DNA from: Adineta steineri
Lineage: Eukaryota
DNA length: 32,000 nt
Direction of reading: 5' to 3'
Assembly (NCBI GenBank): GCA_905250115.1
Contig: CAJNOI010000131.1
Coordinates: forward strand, 170,035-202,034
The notes below the pieces were generated by a model. The model made no database searches, was not told where the DNA came from, and saw only the letters and a list, made by a program, of their open reading frames with translations. A program made the translations under genes and the position numbers. Every line of letters starts with the position of its first letter. Position 1 is the first letter of the stretch. This document shows, piece by piece, positions 1 through 11,892 of this stretch.

Positions 1-805
1 ACAAAAGCATTTGTTGATTTTATTCGAGATTTAAAAGATGATAAGCCAGATGTCTATATATCAATGTCTGGTGTTAGTAAGTTTTATTTTATAATAATAT
101 TTATTTTTTGTTTTATAAATATTTACAAAGGTTATTATCAACCAGATTCAGTTAAAGAATATACAGAAGCATCAGAAGGTGGTGATTATGATTTTCTATC
201 ACGATTAGCAAGAGATTGGGAACAAGCATCAGAACCAATCGAAACAAAATTTAATGTTAGAAGAGTTATTCTTCGTTCTGGTATGTTAATTTAATAATAT
301 TCATTTGTAATATTCATAATATATAGGAGCAATACTTGGTTCTACTGGTGGAATGATTCGATCGATGTATTGGCCATTTTTCTTTAGTTTAGGAGGTAAA
401 AACAAATAAATAAAAAGTTTATTGAATGAAATATGTAAACATTTCTTAGGTCCAATTGGTAATGGTCAACAACCATTTCCATGGATTCATCTTGATGATG
501 TCTGTTTATTAATAATCTATGCTATACAAAATAATCATGTTAATGGTATTTTAAATGCATGTGCACCACAATTAATTACAAATAAAGAATTTTCAAAAAC
601 ATTTGCTGCTGCATTTACTCCACCACGTTTAGCTATTTTTCCAATGCCTGCATTTGTTATGAGAACTCTTCTTGGTCCTGAACGAGCAATTGTTGCAACA
701 GATGGTCAAAAAGTGATTCCACGTGCAACATTACAATCTGGTTATACATTTAAATATCCAACTATGGAAGAAGCTAGTCAAGATCTATCTAAACTATATA
801 GTTAA
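1..805 (+). CDS. SDR39U1: Epimerase family protein SDR39U1-like (NAD-dependent epimerase, TIGR01777 type), 3' part, at least 4 exons (about 1-76, 131-280, 327-395, 450-805)
   Basis: Spliced peptide ...DVYISMSGVSYYQPDSVKEYTEASEGGDYDFLSRLARDWEQASEPIETKFNVRRVILRSGAILGSTGGMIRSMYWPFFFSLGGPIGNGQQPFPWIHLDDVCLLIIYAIQNNHVNGILNACAPQLITNKEFSKTFAAAFTPPRLAIFPMPAF...GQKVIPRATLQSGYTFKYP. Matches the family pattern (RSG..LG..GG, GPIG.G.Q.FPWIH..D, P..TN..F, GQKV.P..L...GY.F.YP). Introns have GT/AG ends. Confidence 0.87.
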
Positions 806-1296
806 TCAGATCAATAGCATGTTACTTAACGACAAAAATCTCTTTATAATTAGTTGAAAATATTAATCAAGCGATCTTTCTTACTCAGTTAACTATGTCT
901 GTCAATTGTAATACTTTTTTTTGTAAAAAAAATAAAATCCTATCTTAAAAAATCTATTAACGATAAGTATTATCAAAAGATAGTCGAATTGAGTTTCAAT
1001 GATATAATTGATGCATATTACATAAATTCTCAAGTTTCACTATTCACCTTGAGAGTTAAAAGGACATGTATTTGAATCATTTCTTACAATGTTGAATTTT
1101 TGCTTCATGTGACAAAAGTTCAAGTTTTTCGATACTATTTTATTTACATACTTCATTTCTACTATGTTATTTCGCATGTGTATCTGAAGAGCATTTCTAA
1201 TAAAAAATGATTCAGCTTTTTTTTTATTTCTATCGATTAAGAAATATATACCCCAAAAAATAAAATATATACAATTTTATATGACAAAATACTGTT

Positions 1297-2439
1297 TTAA
1301 TCTTCTCGACGGTTGGCTTCATTATTTCTTGATTCAGTTGTATCTTGTTGATATAAAAATGATGATCGTTGTCTTAATGCTAACAGATCAAGATCAGTTT
1401 CATGATCATCATCTTCATCGATACTTTGAGTTAATAAATGAAGTAAACCACGTGGTAAACGTGCAGTATTTCGAAGACTTCGTCGTCTACTACGTTCTTG
1501 TTGTTTTTCTTTATCTTGACTTGCTAAACTTAATATTGGATCATCAAGATTATATAATTGAAAAACAAAACAAGCAACACATTTATCAAAACCAGTATCT
1601 GTACATGAACAATGCCATGATTGACCACTGGAAAATGTATGTTGACATATGTCACAATTAAAACCTGACGATGCATAAACTAAACCATTTTCACGTTTAC
1701 GTTTTGTATGATCAGCTTCAATTAATTTATGTCCTTTTGGACATGTGAATATCGATGATTTTCGTTCATTTAATGAAGAATTTTTCATTTGTATATCGAT
1801 CATTTTTGGATAAATTACAGAGTATAATGCAGAAACAAGATCATCATATTTATTCGATGCTTTTTTATAGGGTTCAACCGAAGTTTTATTTATATATGTT
1901 GAACCAAGTAACGGTACTTCATCACAATGATATCGAGCAAGATGACTAACAAGTTGTTGAGAATTATATTTTGTTAAATCATTCTATTCGAGAAAGAAAA
2001 ATTATTTATCTGTTTCATTGAAATAATAAGATGAAATACTTTTTCACGACAAATATTATGTGGACAAGTAAATGTAGCATTTGAACATCGATTAAGATGA
2101 TTTTCATAATCATCCGGAGCAATATATTCCGAACAAATACATTTAATAGTTAAATGTTCAAGCATTTCTTTATGTTTAGGAGATGATTTAAATGAAAATT
2201 CTTTTTCACGACATAACGGACAACCATTATAATATTGATTAAGATCAGCATCTTTCGTACAAAATACTCGTTGACAACATGACGTTATTTGTGGATCTCC
2301 AGCAATACCTATTCGTATATTTTATATAATAATATAACAAATAAAAAACGATGTCTTACACATGCATATTGGACATGTCAAATCTTGAGTATTCATTATA
2401 TTTGTTTCTTGTATTGATTCTGTACCATTGAGATGCATA
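1297..2439 (-). CDS. RING/TRAF-like zinc-finger protein, 3 or more exons (start about 2439)
   Basis: Minus-strand exons read MHLNGTESIQETNIMNTQDLTCPICM / CGIAGDPQITSCCQRVFCTKDADLNQYYNGCPLCREKEFSFKSSPKHKEMLEHLTIKCICSEYIAPDDYENHLNRCSNATFTCPHNICREK / ...MIDIQMKNSSLNERKSSIFTCPKGHKLIEADHTKRKRENGLVYASSGFNCDICQHTFSSGQSWHCSCTDTGFDKCVACF... A RING-type CPIC...CPLC pair is followed by Cys/His-rich TRAF-like and ZZ/C1-like segments. Confidence 0.7.
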
Positions 2440-2956
2440 TTTAATTGTATATGTCTATATTATTGTACTGTTAGGAAGAACGAAATACTAATCACAAGGT
2501 CTACAGCTGTAAATATAAGGATAGACTTTGTACTTTACACGTGAGAGTAATATAAATGCATTAATATATATGTTTATATTTTAGTTTTTGTTTGCCTTGA
2601 TCAACATTGTTTACTAACGGCAATTATTCAGTCAGCTGTTATATGGTAAATAAGACTCATTGGAGGAGTTTGTTTACCACTCCTAAGTAATACAGGTGTC
2701 GCAATTTATCATCAATTAAGACATCTCTCTAGACAAACAACTAATCTTATATTACTAGAGTCTATTTCTTTAAGTAAGTATGATATTTAGAAAACAAATT
2801 TCAATGTGATCATTTATTCACTATTAATTTTGAGATTCATATATATACACTTTCGAGAAAAGATCGACACAAGAGTGAGAAGAAATATTTTGACTAACAC
2901 AAGAAACAAAAAACAAAAATTTCATTTTTCGATGAACAAAAATAATATTTGTTATT

Positions 2957-3728
2957 TTAATACAATCGAACAAAAACAGTCATTAAGATAAGAAGAATAC
3001 TAATATTTAAACGATTGTCACCATTCTTTGTATCAACATCAACTTGAATTGTACCAGATTTACTACGAATATCATCAGATCCATGATGATATTTACCTGA
3101 AATAAGTACTGATGAACTTGTTAATTCTAAATCAGTTTTCATTGTTGTATGAATACATTTCGATTCTGTCGAAACAATTGGACATGCATCAGCAATTGAT
3201 GCTGTTGATTGAAATGGAAGTAATTGATGAAGATTACATGTATTTGCTAATAATTCATTCGTAACATTATCTTGAAATTGTATTTCAACAAAATCTGTTG
3301 GAATAAAACTTTTTGAATCATTGAAATGTAATGGATCTGGTTCAAGAAAAGTTATTACATGACCACGACCAACAGAAAAACTTTGACAATATGTTTTATT
3401 TTCTACTCGACCTTAAATAAAATATATACATGTTAATTTTAGTTAAAAATAAACTATCTATTTAGAACTTACCAGCTTTTGTAATATTAATAAGATGATT
3501 AATAACCGGTCCTTTTAAAATACAATCAACACGAAATTTAACAAAAAATGTTGAATCACTTCCGTCATATAATTTTGTTTCAGTTGCTTTTCCATAAACC
3601 ACAATCGATGAATTAGCTACTTTAGTTTCAAAATCAACATTATCAACGGGACAATTTTCATCTAACATTGATTGAACATGACAAATAGAAAATATCGTAA
3701 CAAGCAATATCGTATTGATACCAAACAT
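2957..3728 (-). CDS. Putative secreted protein, 2 exons; paralog of the next gene
   Basis: Signal peptide-like start MFGINTILLVTIFSICHVQS, then MLDENCPVDNVDFETKVANSSIVVYGKATETKLYDGSDSTFFVKFRVDCILKGPVINHLINITKAG. A GT-AG intron lies at about 3414-3472. The second exon ends ...MKTDLELTSSSVLISGKYHHGSDDIRSKSGTIQVDVDTKNGDNRLNISILLILMTVFVRLY with a hydrophobic C-terminus. Confidence 0.65.
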
Positions 3729-4090
3729 TTTGCACTAAAGTAGACAAGATATAAGAAACAAATTAAACTGAATATTTGTATGTGTTTATATATTGACAAT
3801 GGAAATAAGAAAGAATGCACGTCCGATATGCCTTGTTTTTGTTCGTGAACAATATGGACGATGTGATATAGAAAGATATAAACGTTTGTCTTTCATTCTT
3901 TCCATGTAATAGATAGAACTAGTATAGCAATTCACTATTTGTCAATTTCGATAATCAGCTGACTGATATTTTTGTTTTGTCCATCATGTTATATTTAAGA
4001 GTTACTGTCAAATTTTCTTTTTCTGTATATAAATAAAGGTAGGATAAAAAAAACGTTTATTATATTAAATGTTAATCAAATACTGTTGTT

Positions 4091-5021
4091 TTACAAAAAA
4101 TGATGAAGAATAATACTACAGAAAATAAATTGAATAAAAATAAGAGTAATAATTAATGGAATTTGATTTGCTTGATTTTTTCGTGTTTCATCATCAGAAA
4201 AAAGTGCTTTATGATTTTGACCTTGTAGAAAAGCAAGACTGAGATTCTGGTGTTGATGTTGCGCTAGAAGAAGTGATAATGCATCGAAATCTATTGTACT
4301 TCTTGCAAATATCACAGAACTCATTGTTGTTGTTGTTGCAGTGGTCGTTGATAAGATTGTACTTATTGTTGATGTTTCAACTATTGTTTTTGGTATTTCT
4401 ACTCAAGAAAAAAAGAAATTTAAATTTGTTTCGTCAATAAAAAAAACAAACCTAATGGACAATCAATTGAAACAGCTGATGGACATTTATTAGTTAATGT
4501 AGCTTCAGTATCATTTGCTTCCGTAAAAGGATAAGTTCGTGAAAGACCACATGTTTTTGCGAGTAACGCAGGTACTCGATTATCATATAGAATTTCTTCT
4601 AGATCAATTGGTCGATATGTTCCATCAAAAAATGGTTCAAGAAAAACAATATATTCTTGATTGACATCAAGTCTTTGACATGAATGACGTCCAAGAAGTG
4701 AACCTAAAATAAATTAAATTTCACAATGAAGAAGAAATAAGAATAATAATATGTACCTGCTTGAACAATTTGAATAATACGTTGAGTTGGTCGACCTTTT
4801 AAAATACATTGAACAAGAAATGTAACATTGAATAAATTTGGAATATTATAATCGATATTCTTATTTAATGAAGTTCCAATAAGAATGTATGGTGATTGTT
4901 GAACTTTAGTATTAAATGGAATCTCATCTTGATTAGAATGTTCATCACATTGTGAAGATGGTGTGAGATATATACTTAATAAAATAAGAATAAGATAGAT
5001 GAATAAATGATGATTATGCAT
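4091..5021 (-). CDS. Putative secreted/GPI-type protein, about 3 exons; diverged paralog of the 2957-3728 gene
   Basis: MHNHHLFIYLILILLSIYLTPSSQCDEHSNQDEIPFNTKVQQSPYILIGTSLNKNIDYNIPNLFNVTFLVQCILKGRPTQRIIQIVQAG shares F.TKV..S...I.G...............F.V..V.CILKG......I.I..AG with the preceding gene. Final exon ends in a hydrophobic tail (IPLIITLIFIQFIFCSIILHHFL). Confidence 0.6.
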
Positions 5022-6128
5022 TATGATTATCGCAATAGAATGAACTGATCAAAATGAACGCTTTTTTTTATCGCGTCATTTCTTTTTCTCTTTTATTCTC
5101 GTATCTCAAATTACTTCTTTTACTTTTTTTTCTTATAATAAAAGTAGATCGAATAACTAAAGACGTGATTATGACAAACGAATGTTCAGTAAGACTTCTT
5201 TCATAGTAATATGAATGTTATGAGTGACTAAGTGACCTTTGTTAAATAACAAAACGATGGTTATTTGATCCTTCTTCTTTTGTCAGAACTTCTTTTAACA
5301 AATATTGGATGATCGAGAATATACGTCAAAATCGTTCGATGATGTAATTAGCAATACTGATCGTTAAGATAAAATAGTATCCTGATTTTAATGATATTTT
5401 ATTAATTATTATTTTCTATCTCAAGCTCAATAATTGGGTGTGGGTGCTTGCGGATGAAAATAAAGGAAGTCTTCAATCCACATCCACAAGTATCATGCTT
5501 AAAGAAGATGATTGATAGCGTGCGACTAATCAATATGGCTTTTGTGAGTATTAACTGATGATAAAATATTAAAGAATAATAATACTTAATTTATCTTCCA
5601 TTAATATTCGAGCTAATTTTCATTAAAATATTACTTATACAGCAAAAAATAACAGAATATAATCTGTATTCTTCTACAAGAAAAACGAACTGAAAGTATA
5701 CATAATTTCTTGTACTAATGAACATTTCTGCAAAAAATCTGATGCAAATAAACGTGATTTATATACACTATAACTGATATCTACTGTTTGTGATCATATA
5801 CTATTTTGAATGAGTTCTGAAAATCTAATTAAATGAATGATCTCAAACTGGATCATACACCTATTGAATTAATGTATCTTTCCTATGAGTTCCATCAGTC
5901 GGTTTGCATTGTATCTTTTAATTTCTCAGAGATTGTACTGAGATCTTTTGTTTCTTTATTGATTTCATATTTATTTGAAGAAAAAAAAACAATCTTTACG
6001 AATGAAAAAAAATTGATTACAATCTAAGTTTTTGTGTAAACTACATAGATATATAATGTAAATAGTTTTTAATTTCAGTCAGTATGATATTGTATAGAAT
6101 TATGAACCTGTGTTACTTTATTTGTCGA

Positions 6129-7599
6129 TCAACAAGTGGATTGTAGGATCGAATCGCATGCTTTATCCTTATTGTTCCATTTCAAACCTGATTGACAAGG
6201 TATAACGTGGGGAGTGCCAGTCATGCCGCTGGGGTCTACTGTGCATTTGATGAATGATCCACAGTTGCCTGGATTTGGATAAAGACAATCTTTTGGACCT
6301 TTACAATCTGTTTCGGCTATATCTTGAAGTGGACAAACAAAATTTGATGCACTACAAGAAAAAAAACAGACATTATCTATATATACTTAATTCTTGATTA
6401 TCATCATGTTATACCTTATTTACTTAATTCTTAAAATGAAAAAAGAATTTCTAGCAAAAATGTATGATAAAATAATATTAAAAGCATTGGAATATTTTCC
6501 ACTCATCGATGTGTTGTAGATGTATGACAAGAGAAATATTTTTCATCCAATTTTTTTTGTAAATCTAAGAAGAAAATCTGAAAGAAACATCTCGATATTG
6601 AATTGAACAAAAATATATAATTATATTACTTTTCTAGAATATAAGATTAACTGCTTATTACAATGCTCTGCACGCAATAAAGCAAATTTAAAAATATTTT
6701 TTGTCATTTTTTATACAATGGCATATGCTGAAATACAAAAAATATAAAGAAAAAAGCGTAGAAGATTCCACAAAATACGAAAAAGCTATAATAGAAAATG
6801 ATAATATGAAATATTCTGATTAAAAAAATTGCTGTTACAAAGAGAAAAATCATGACATAAGCATAGATTATTAAAAAAATAGAATTTGAAAAGTTTTGAC
6901 AAATACATTCTATTTATCGATATAATTCAGTTCATTAATGGAATCAATTGAATAGAATATAGAATATTTTCTTTTGTGCTTCAATAGAACGTTTATAATG
7001 ATCATATCTTTGTAATATTCATTTTTATCATCGATTTTGGCGATCCACCTTGATATTTTATAAAACAAAAATAAGTATGAAATATTCTGTTAGGCAAACT
7101 AATCTTCTATTATATGTAGTTATCTATGAAGAATATCTATTGAAATGATACAATAATAATTTTGAAACTCTGTAATACATCGAAAAATATTTTTTTATAG
7201 AGTTGTGAGAATTTTTAGACATCCCATAAAGTATTATGAAGTTCATGATTTTTTCATGAAAAGAATGGATACTGAATCTCAAGACTTGTACGATTTCATA
7301 ATGAAAACATGAGTCAATTAAAACAAAATCTCTCACGTCAATCTATACGAATTGAATAAGAATCATACCTGTTGAACTAGTATTATCATTATGTCTGGTG
7401 AGAATAAGCACTGTTGGCAACAGAATAGCTACCAAGATTGATATAATAATAATAGCTAAAGAAATCCAAAAACATCCTCTTTTATCATTGACTACAGACG
7501 ATGTTCTAGAAAATCTTTCTTTTTATTCTTAAATGAATAATATACAAATTAAACTTACGCATCTTCAGATTGAAAACTGATTTCTACTTCTGTATCCAT
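6129..7599 (-). CDS. Candidate type II transmembrane protein with extracellular chitin-binding type-2 (CBM14/peritrophin-A) domain; internal exon structure incomplete
   Basis: Minus-strand exons: MDTEVEISFQSEDA (7599-7559), TSSVVNDKRGCFWISLAIIIISILVAILLPTVLILTRHNDNTSST (7505-7369, one TM helix), and SNFVCPLQDIAETDCKGPKDCLYPNPGNCGSFIKCTVDPSGMTGTPHVIPCQSGLKWNNKDKACDSILQSTC (about 6350-6129) with the six-Cys CBM14 pattern. The phase across the roughly 1-kb gap does not match by direct joining, so an exon may be missing from this model. Confidence 0.55.
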
Positions 7600-9843
7600 A
7601 ATTAAATGTTGAAATTCAAATAAAAGTTTTACTTAATAATAAGCCGTTTATCCAATTATGAAAATCTTTATATATGTTCTAATAATCAGTACATTCTATT
7701 ACGACCTCAAATAGAAATGTTTGGTTTTTCTTATTACCGGTAGTCGTGAGAATATCTTTTAAGTGTTGTTTCCTTTGTTTCTTATACTTGACATAGAACG
7801 TATGTTAACTACTAAATATATTTCAATGTCTGTGTAAATATTTATGTCATGTCTTTCTAAAAATGATCTGAAAGAACAATATTTTTTTAGCGATAAGCGA
7901 AAAATAAGTCATGCCTACTTTTTAATGTCGTCAATATGGACCTAGTTAGATTTTTTTTCAATTACATTACTTGTATTATGGTGCATTAATTGAGATTAAA
8001 TATTAGTATAGTTTTTGTTAATATTAGTTCATAATAGAATTGTCCTCAGACAGTTTTCTTTCGATCTAACCGAACTTGACGTGAAGGCTGTGGCAAGCTG
8101 CCTAACATTCCCCATCTTTCAAATTTGTCGAACTCGACATAATTACTACTGCATAAAACGATTTTTTAAAATTAATCAATATGAGACGCAATAGTGTGTG
8201 ATACATTGTTGCCAAATAATAATAACATTGAAATACATGAAAGAAAATTATTGTATCTAGATACTTTAGCATATGAAAAATATATTCATAAATTTATTCT
8301 AAGCCACTATTGATTAGTCACAAAAACAAAATTTATTACCATATCCTTAAAATTGAAATTAATAAAGTACTCGAATAGATTTATTATTATAATATTTTGC
8401 TTGAAATTGTATGCATCTAGAATTATCATCCATCTGTACAATACTATATTAAATATTTATAATATTATTTTTCTAAAAAAATTGTTCGCATTATATTTTT
8501 GGAACTGTATGTTTTATTGTTTCAGTATAATCTTTTCTATACGTATGATGACTTTGTTTTTAAAATAAATTTATCAAAATAAGAGTAGAACATAGACTTA
8601 TAGTTAATCATTTATAGATCTTTAGAAGATTATTCTTATATCTTTCATTTTAATCTCTGTATCAATTAATGTTCCTCTAGAAGTACATTTATATCAAAAA
8701 TAGAATTCCATTATTGTGTGAATTCTTCTAGATGTTTGAAAATGATTTAAAGTAAAATAAGAATACTTCTTTATAGCCTTTATTATTTTATGTAATTTCA
8801 TTTCATTAAAATTATAAGAATACAAATCCTGTCTTCACTATTGATATTGATTCATTTCAAAGAGAACTCACAATAATCCCATGATTGATTTGAATAATAA
8901 TGTGGTTGTTTTGGTGGTGATACGAAGAAAAAATGCACGTGAAATACAACTAATTCGCTCGTCAACAAATCAAATTATATTAGGTTTTTTCTTTCTCTTA
9001 TTACCAAAATAGAACGTAATATTATTCGAGTCGATCATAAGGTTACTTAGTTTACTCCTTCAAATGACGCTGATAATATATTGCTAAGTTCATATTATAA
9101 TAAATCAAATAAGAGCTGTACAGTTTTAAGCGATACTAATACATTGTCATTGTTACATCCCTGTGTATCATTTTCCATGATTTCAGCTTTTGAAATCAAT
9201 TTGCTTTCCCTTGATTTATAGATAAAGCTGATGCCTAAAGTAAACGCCTGAAATAATTTTTTTTATTAATTACTCTGGTTTTATATATTAGGTTGGTAAC
9301 AAAGTTTTTTCGTTTACTTTAAATATTTGAGAAATTTCTAGAAATTTTCATACGAAGGATATATAAGTGAGTTTGAATATATTTCAAACAATAATAAAAT
9401 TATGGATATAGACGGTGTCTAATTAAATATTTTTTGAACATGGATTTCTTACATTAATAGATTTAAAAGCAAGATATTTTCTGAGAATAAATGTAACAGC
9501 AATTAACAAAGATAGACTAAGTAATCTCATACAGTGGTCTATTTAATTTCAATTTCGGTTTCGCTAATAAAGATTGAGAAATTTGGGAATATTAACGGTA
9601 GCGAAAGTCATCAAGATATCAAATTAGTGTAGGACGTCAGAGTACAAATATTGTAAGAACCTCATTTTGTCTCTATATCTACAAAATCAGCATGTTCTGT
9701 GAAGTAAAAGGCATATTTTTTTTTAAATTTTGTTTGAAATGAAATAGCTCATTGATTCTTCGTCATAAAATTATTTATTTATAAACGAAACTCTTTGGAA
9801 TTTAATGATATTAAATATGTTTTAGAAATTTATTGAACAAAAA

Positions 9844-10926
9844 ATGATAATAATACATTTGTTTTACCTTTTATTAATTTTTCAAACAATAGTTGGTGAT
9901 AATCGACTCATTGAAGTAGCTCAATCACCTGATTATCAATGGAATGGTGTTGCTTTAACAAAAACAAATCGAATATTTGCTGCTTTTCCTCGAGCAACGG
10001 GTGATGTTACTCTTTCTGTTGCTGAAATTTTATCTAATAACATATTGAAACCATATCCTGGTGGTGACTGGAATACATTTAATCCAATAACATCGTATGA
10101 CAATCCTGATAAACGTTTTGTTAATATTAATGCTATTTTAACTGATACACAAAATAATCTTCGGGTTGTTGATAGTGGAATGGTTGGAAATAAAACATAT
10201 GTTAATGGTTCAAAACTCATCAAAATTAATTTAACTACAAATAAAGTTGAACGAATTTATTCTACTTCAAACTTAAATGCACCACCAGGATTTGCTCTAA
10301 ATGATGTTAGAATAGGTTCTCAATATGCATTTTTAACTGAGTCTGGTCTTGGATCAGTAGTTATTATTGATTTAGAAAGTGGTCAAGTACGTCGTGTACT
10401 TGATCAACATCCATCAACTAAATTTGCATATCCAACTGTTGTTCGAATGGAAGGACGAGTTGTATTAGATACAAGTGGTAAACCAAAAAAAATGCCAAAT
10501 AATAATCTTGAATTAACACCTGATGAAACTATTCTTTACTATAAACCTTCATTTTCTTATAATTGGTTTCAAATTTCAACTAACTATTTATTAGATGAAT
10601 CAATGAATGAAGCTCAACTTGGTGAAAAAGTTTCTACGAGTTGGAAAACAATGCCTACTGGTGGAACAACAATGGATGATCAAGGTTTTATTTATTTAAT
10701 GGATTTAGAAAGACAAGCAATCTGGCAACAAAGTATTCTTGATGGTTCATGGAAATTAATTGTACGTGATGAAAGAATTATTTGGGGGGATGCATCTGAT
10801 GTCAGTCAAGATGGATACTTATATGTACCTATGTCACAAAATAATAATATACCATCGTTTAATAATGGAACAAATCAAGTTATTAAACCTTTTAAAATGT
10901 ATAAAATTAAAATCAATTCAGCTTAA
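9844..10926 (+). CDS. Secreted major royal jelly protein/yellow-family (beta-propeller, SMP-30-like) protein, intronless
   Basis: 360-aa uninterrupted ORF with signal peptide MIIIHLFYLLLIFQTIVGD and MRJP-type motifs: WNGVALTKTNRIFAAFPR, LRVVDSG, GSKLIKINLTTNKVERIY, LNDVRI...AFLTESGLGSVVIIDLESGQVRRVLDQHPST, ...GGTTMDDQGFIYLMDLERQAIWQ. Confidence 0.8.
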   Translation: MIIIHLFYLLLIFQTIVGDNRLIEVAQSPDYQWNGVALTKTNRIFAAFPRATGDVTLSVAEILSNNILKPYPGGDWNTFNPITSYDNPDKRFVNINAILTDTQNNLRVVDSGMVGNKTYVNGSKLIKINLTTNKVERIYSTSNLNAPPGFALNDVRIGSQYAFLTESGLGSVVIIDLESGQVRRVLDQHPSTKFAYPTVVRMEGRVVLDTSGKPKKMPNNNLELTPDETILYYKPSFSYNWFQISTNYLLDESMNEAQLGEKVSTSWKTMPTGGTTMDDQGFIYLMDLERQAIWQQSILDGSWKLIVRDERIIWGDASDVSQDGYLYVPMSQNNNIPSFNNGTNQVIKPFKMYKIKINSA

Positions 10927-11509
10927 TCTGTTACTATACTTCTAAGATTTTTCTTCTCTTATTCAATTTTTTTATATAATTAATACAATTAATTCATTTT
11001 ATATTTATCTTAAGGTTTTATTTATCTTTTTATCCCAATAAATTATAATATCATGTGAAGATTATGAGTTAGTGAATGTCGGTGGATGATTAAATAGCAT
11101 GTAAATTTACTGTTTACTAAACACTTACCTACATCTATATTCACGTTCTGTATTATATCTGATTCGAGTATTAATGTGAAATAACAAAATTTGTTAATTC
11201 TAAGATTGTAGAAAGTGATGGTGAAGTTTGAATTGAAAAAGATGTTACTTTTAGATAACTCATTACTAAGAAAAGTAAAATAAAATTTGTAGTTTCATTT
11301 TTGAAATCGTTGATAATGAACATCTATATGATGTTTCGTCAAATCTTTTTGAATAAAATACATAAAAAAATCTTCTAATATTGTCTGTCTTATTGTTTTC
11401 GAATAAATATATAGATCGATTAATTTAGATTCTAATTCACTTATCAATGAGTGTAATTGTGGTTGTTGTACGGTAGAAAATAAATGCAGTTTTCATGTTA
11501 TCTCTTTTG

Positions 11510-11892
11510 CATCTGTTATTCTTGGTGGTCTTTCGCTTCACGATATTACATACAGAACCAAGTAAAATATGATACTTTTTTCGGATAAAGTTTCTTGAGA
11601 TAAACCATTATTATAATCAAAAATTAGTTCTATTTTCTTGTGTAAGTTTAAATCACGTCTTACTGCCATACGTTGTTCGAAACGTACAACACTCGAATCA
11701 TCTACAAAAGGCACCTACTTTTAGTGCAAAGAAAACATGACAGAAAGTAGAAAGAAGTCAAAAGAACATCATATAGATGTTTATATTGGAGGGATGCATT
11801 TCCAACAAAAATCACTCCGTCGGATCTGAGATCGTTCATAAAACGGAGGTGTTTACTATCGAGGGATGTTCACTATGAGAGGTTTCACTGTA
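11510..11892 (-). mobile_element. Degenerate pogo/Tigger-like (Tc1/mariner superfamily) DNA transposon relic: one terminus plus an N-terminal HTH fragment
   Basis: Reading minus from 11892: TA-CAGTGAAACCTCTCATAGTGAACATCCCTCGATAGTAAACACCTCCG, a pogo-like terminus. About 170 bp inward is RRDLNLHKKIELIFDYNNGLSQETLSEK, then in another frame KYHILLGSVCNIVKRK, resembling a CENP-B/psq-type helix-turn-helix split by one frameshift. Confidence 0.5.

Noticed and set aside
5833-6027. 64-aa plus ORF and other 60-80-aa ORFs at 7124-7336, 8353-8568, 12023-12235, 16262-16510, 30659-30892
   Set aside because: AT-rich, hydrophobic/low-complexity translations with no family motif, signal or partner exons found; expected by chance.
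7600-9840. Search for RNA genes or conserved structure in the gene-poor AT-rich stretch
   Set aside because: I could not recognise a tRNA cloverleaf, rRNA segment or clear repeat by eye; tRNAscan/Infernal would be needed.
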